NCBI GenBank assembly: GCA_051294375.1
Contig: CM119265.1
Span: 23,590,669-23,654,668 of the forward strand
Length of the DNA stretch: 64,000 nt
DNA from: Paraspadella gotoi
Taxonomy: Eukaryota > Animalia > Chaetognatha
Reading direction: 5' to 3'
The notes under the pieces were generated by a model. The model did not search any database and was not told where the DNA came from. It saw nothing but the letters and a program-made list of their open reading frames with translations. Positions 63,611 through 64,000 of the stretch are shown piece after piece. The position numbers and the translations under genes are program-made. Position 1 is the first letter of the stretch, and each line of letters starts with the position of its first letter.

Positions 63611-63792
63611 ATGTGGCCAACGATGTTTGGCCTAAAAGATGTGGCCAACTATGTTTGGCCTAAGACAATACTCCCTTAGGCGTCGCCTTCGACCACAAGT
63701 GTTTTGTGGGTCTTAGCCCAATCCAGTGGGCCTTAGGCGTCGCCACCGTCGCCCACAAGTATTTGGTAAGTCTTAGCCCAATTCTGTGGGCC
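63611..63792 (+). repeat. Two short tandem duplications (28-bp x2; 57-bp x2)
   Basis: ATGTGGCCAACNATGTTTGGCCTAA x2; CCTTAGGCGTCGCC...GTCTTAGCCCAAT...GTGGGCC x2. Confidence 0.85.
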
Positions 63793-64000
63793 GGGCGGGG
63801 TGCGTCGCCATATGGGATCTAAAGTATGGCGCATAGAGCAGGCGTGAGACGCGCGATGGGATTGTAATGGTACGCTGAAGTAGCGCGACACCAACGTAGC
63901 GAAGAATTTGACGATGAATAATTCAGACTTTTTTTTGTTCGGCGCTTTCTCTCTCTCTCTCCTCTCGTCTCTCTCTCTCTCTCTCAATCTTCTCTCTTCT

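Noticed and set aside
36688-63792. Short tandem arrays as CRISPR-like repeats
   Set aside because: Head-to-tail units without unique spacers; eukaryotic context; no cas genes.

Overview
Eukaryotic (animal-like), AT-rich draft-assembly scaffold dominated by microsatellites ((CT)n, (GAC)n, (TTTC)n, (TTTTC)n, (ATT)n) and N gaps. Ten gaps are exactly 25 N, and several sit next to indel-riddled duplicate copies of nearby sequence, which looks like long-read gap filling. Most ORFs in the supplied track are low-complexity artefacts. Reading splice sites and phases by hand gives three gene models. (1) A two-exon CHCHD2/CHCHD10 (MIX17/har-1) gene on the - strand, 47774->45885. (2) A + strand orphan gene rich in repeats and Thr (exons at 40210, 43734, 44357, 49433); its predicted last intron contains the CHCHD2 gene in antisense. 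(3) A 5-6 exon + strand gene, 59465-63455, for a secreted ~190-aa protein with cystatin-fold features and chemerin-like Cys spacing but without the inhibitory QxVxG and PW motifs. Comparing duplicated copies exposes presence/absence insertions flanked by long direct repeats: 2.1 kb with ~29 bp, and a 91-bp hairpin with 13 bp. A ~480-bp hairpin-rich dispersed element occurs as three fragments. All homology calls are from motif recognition only; no search was run.
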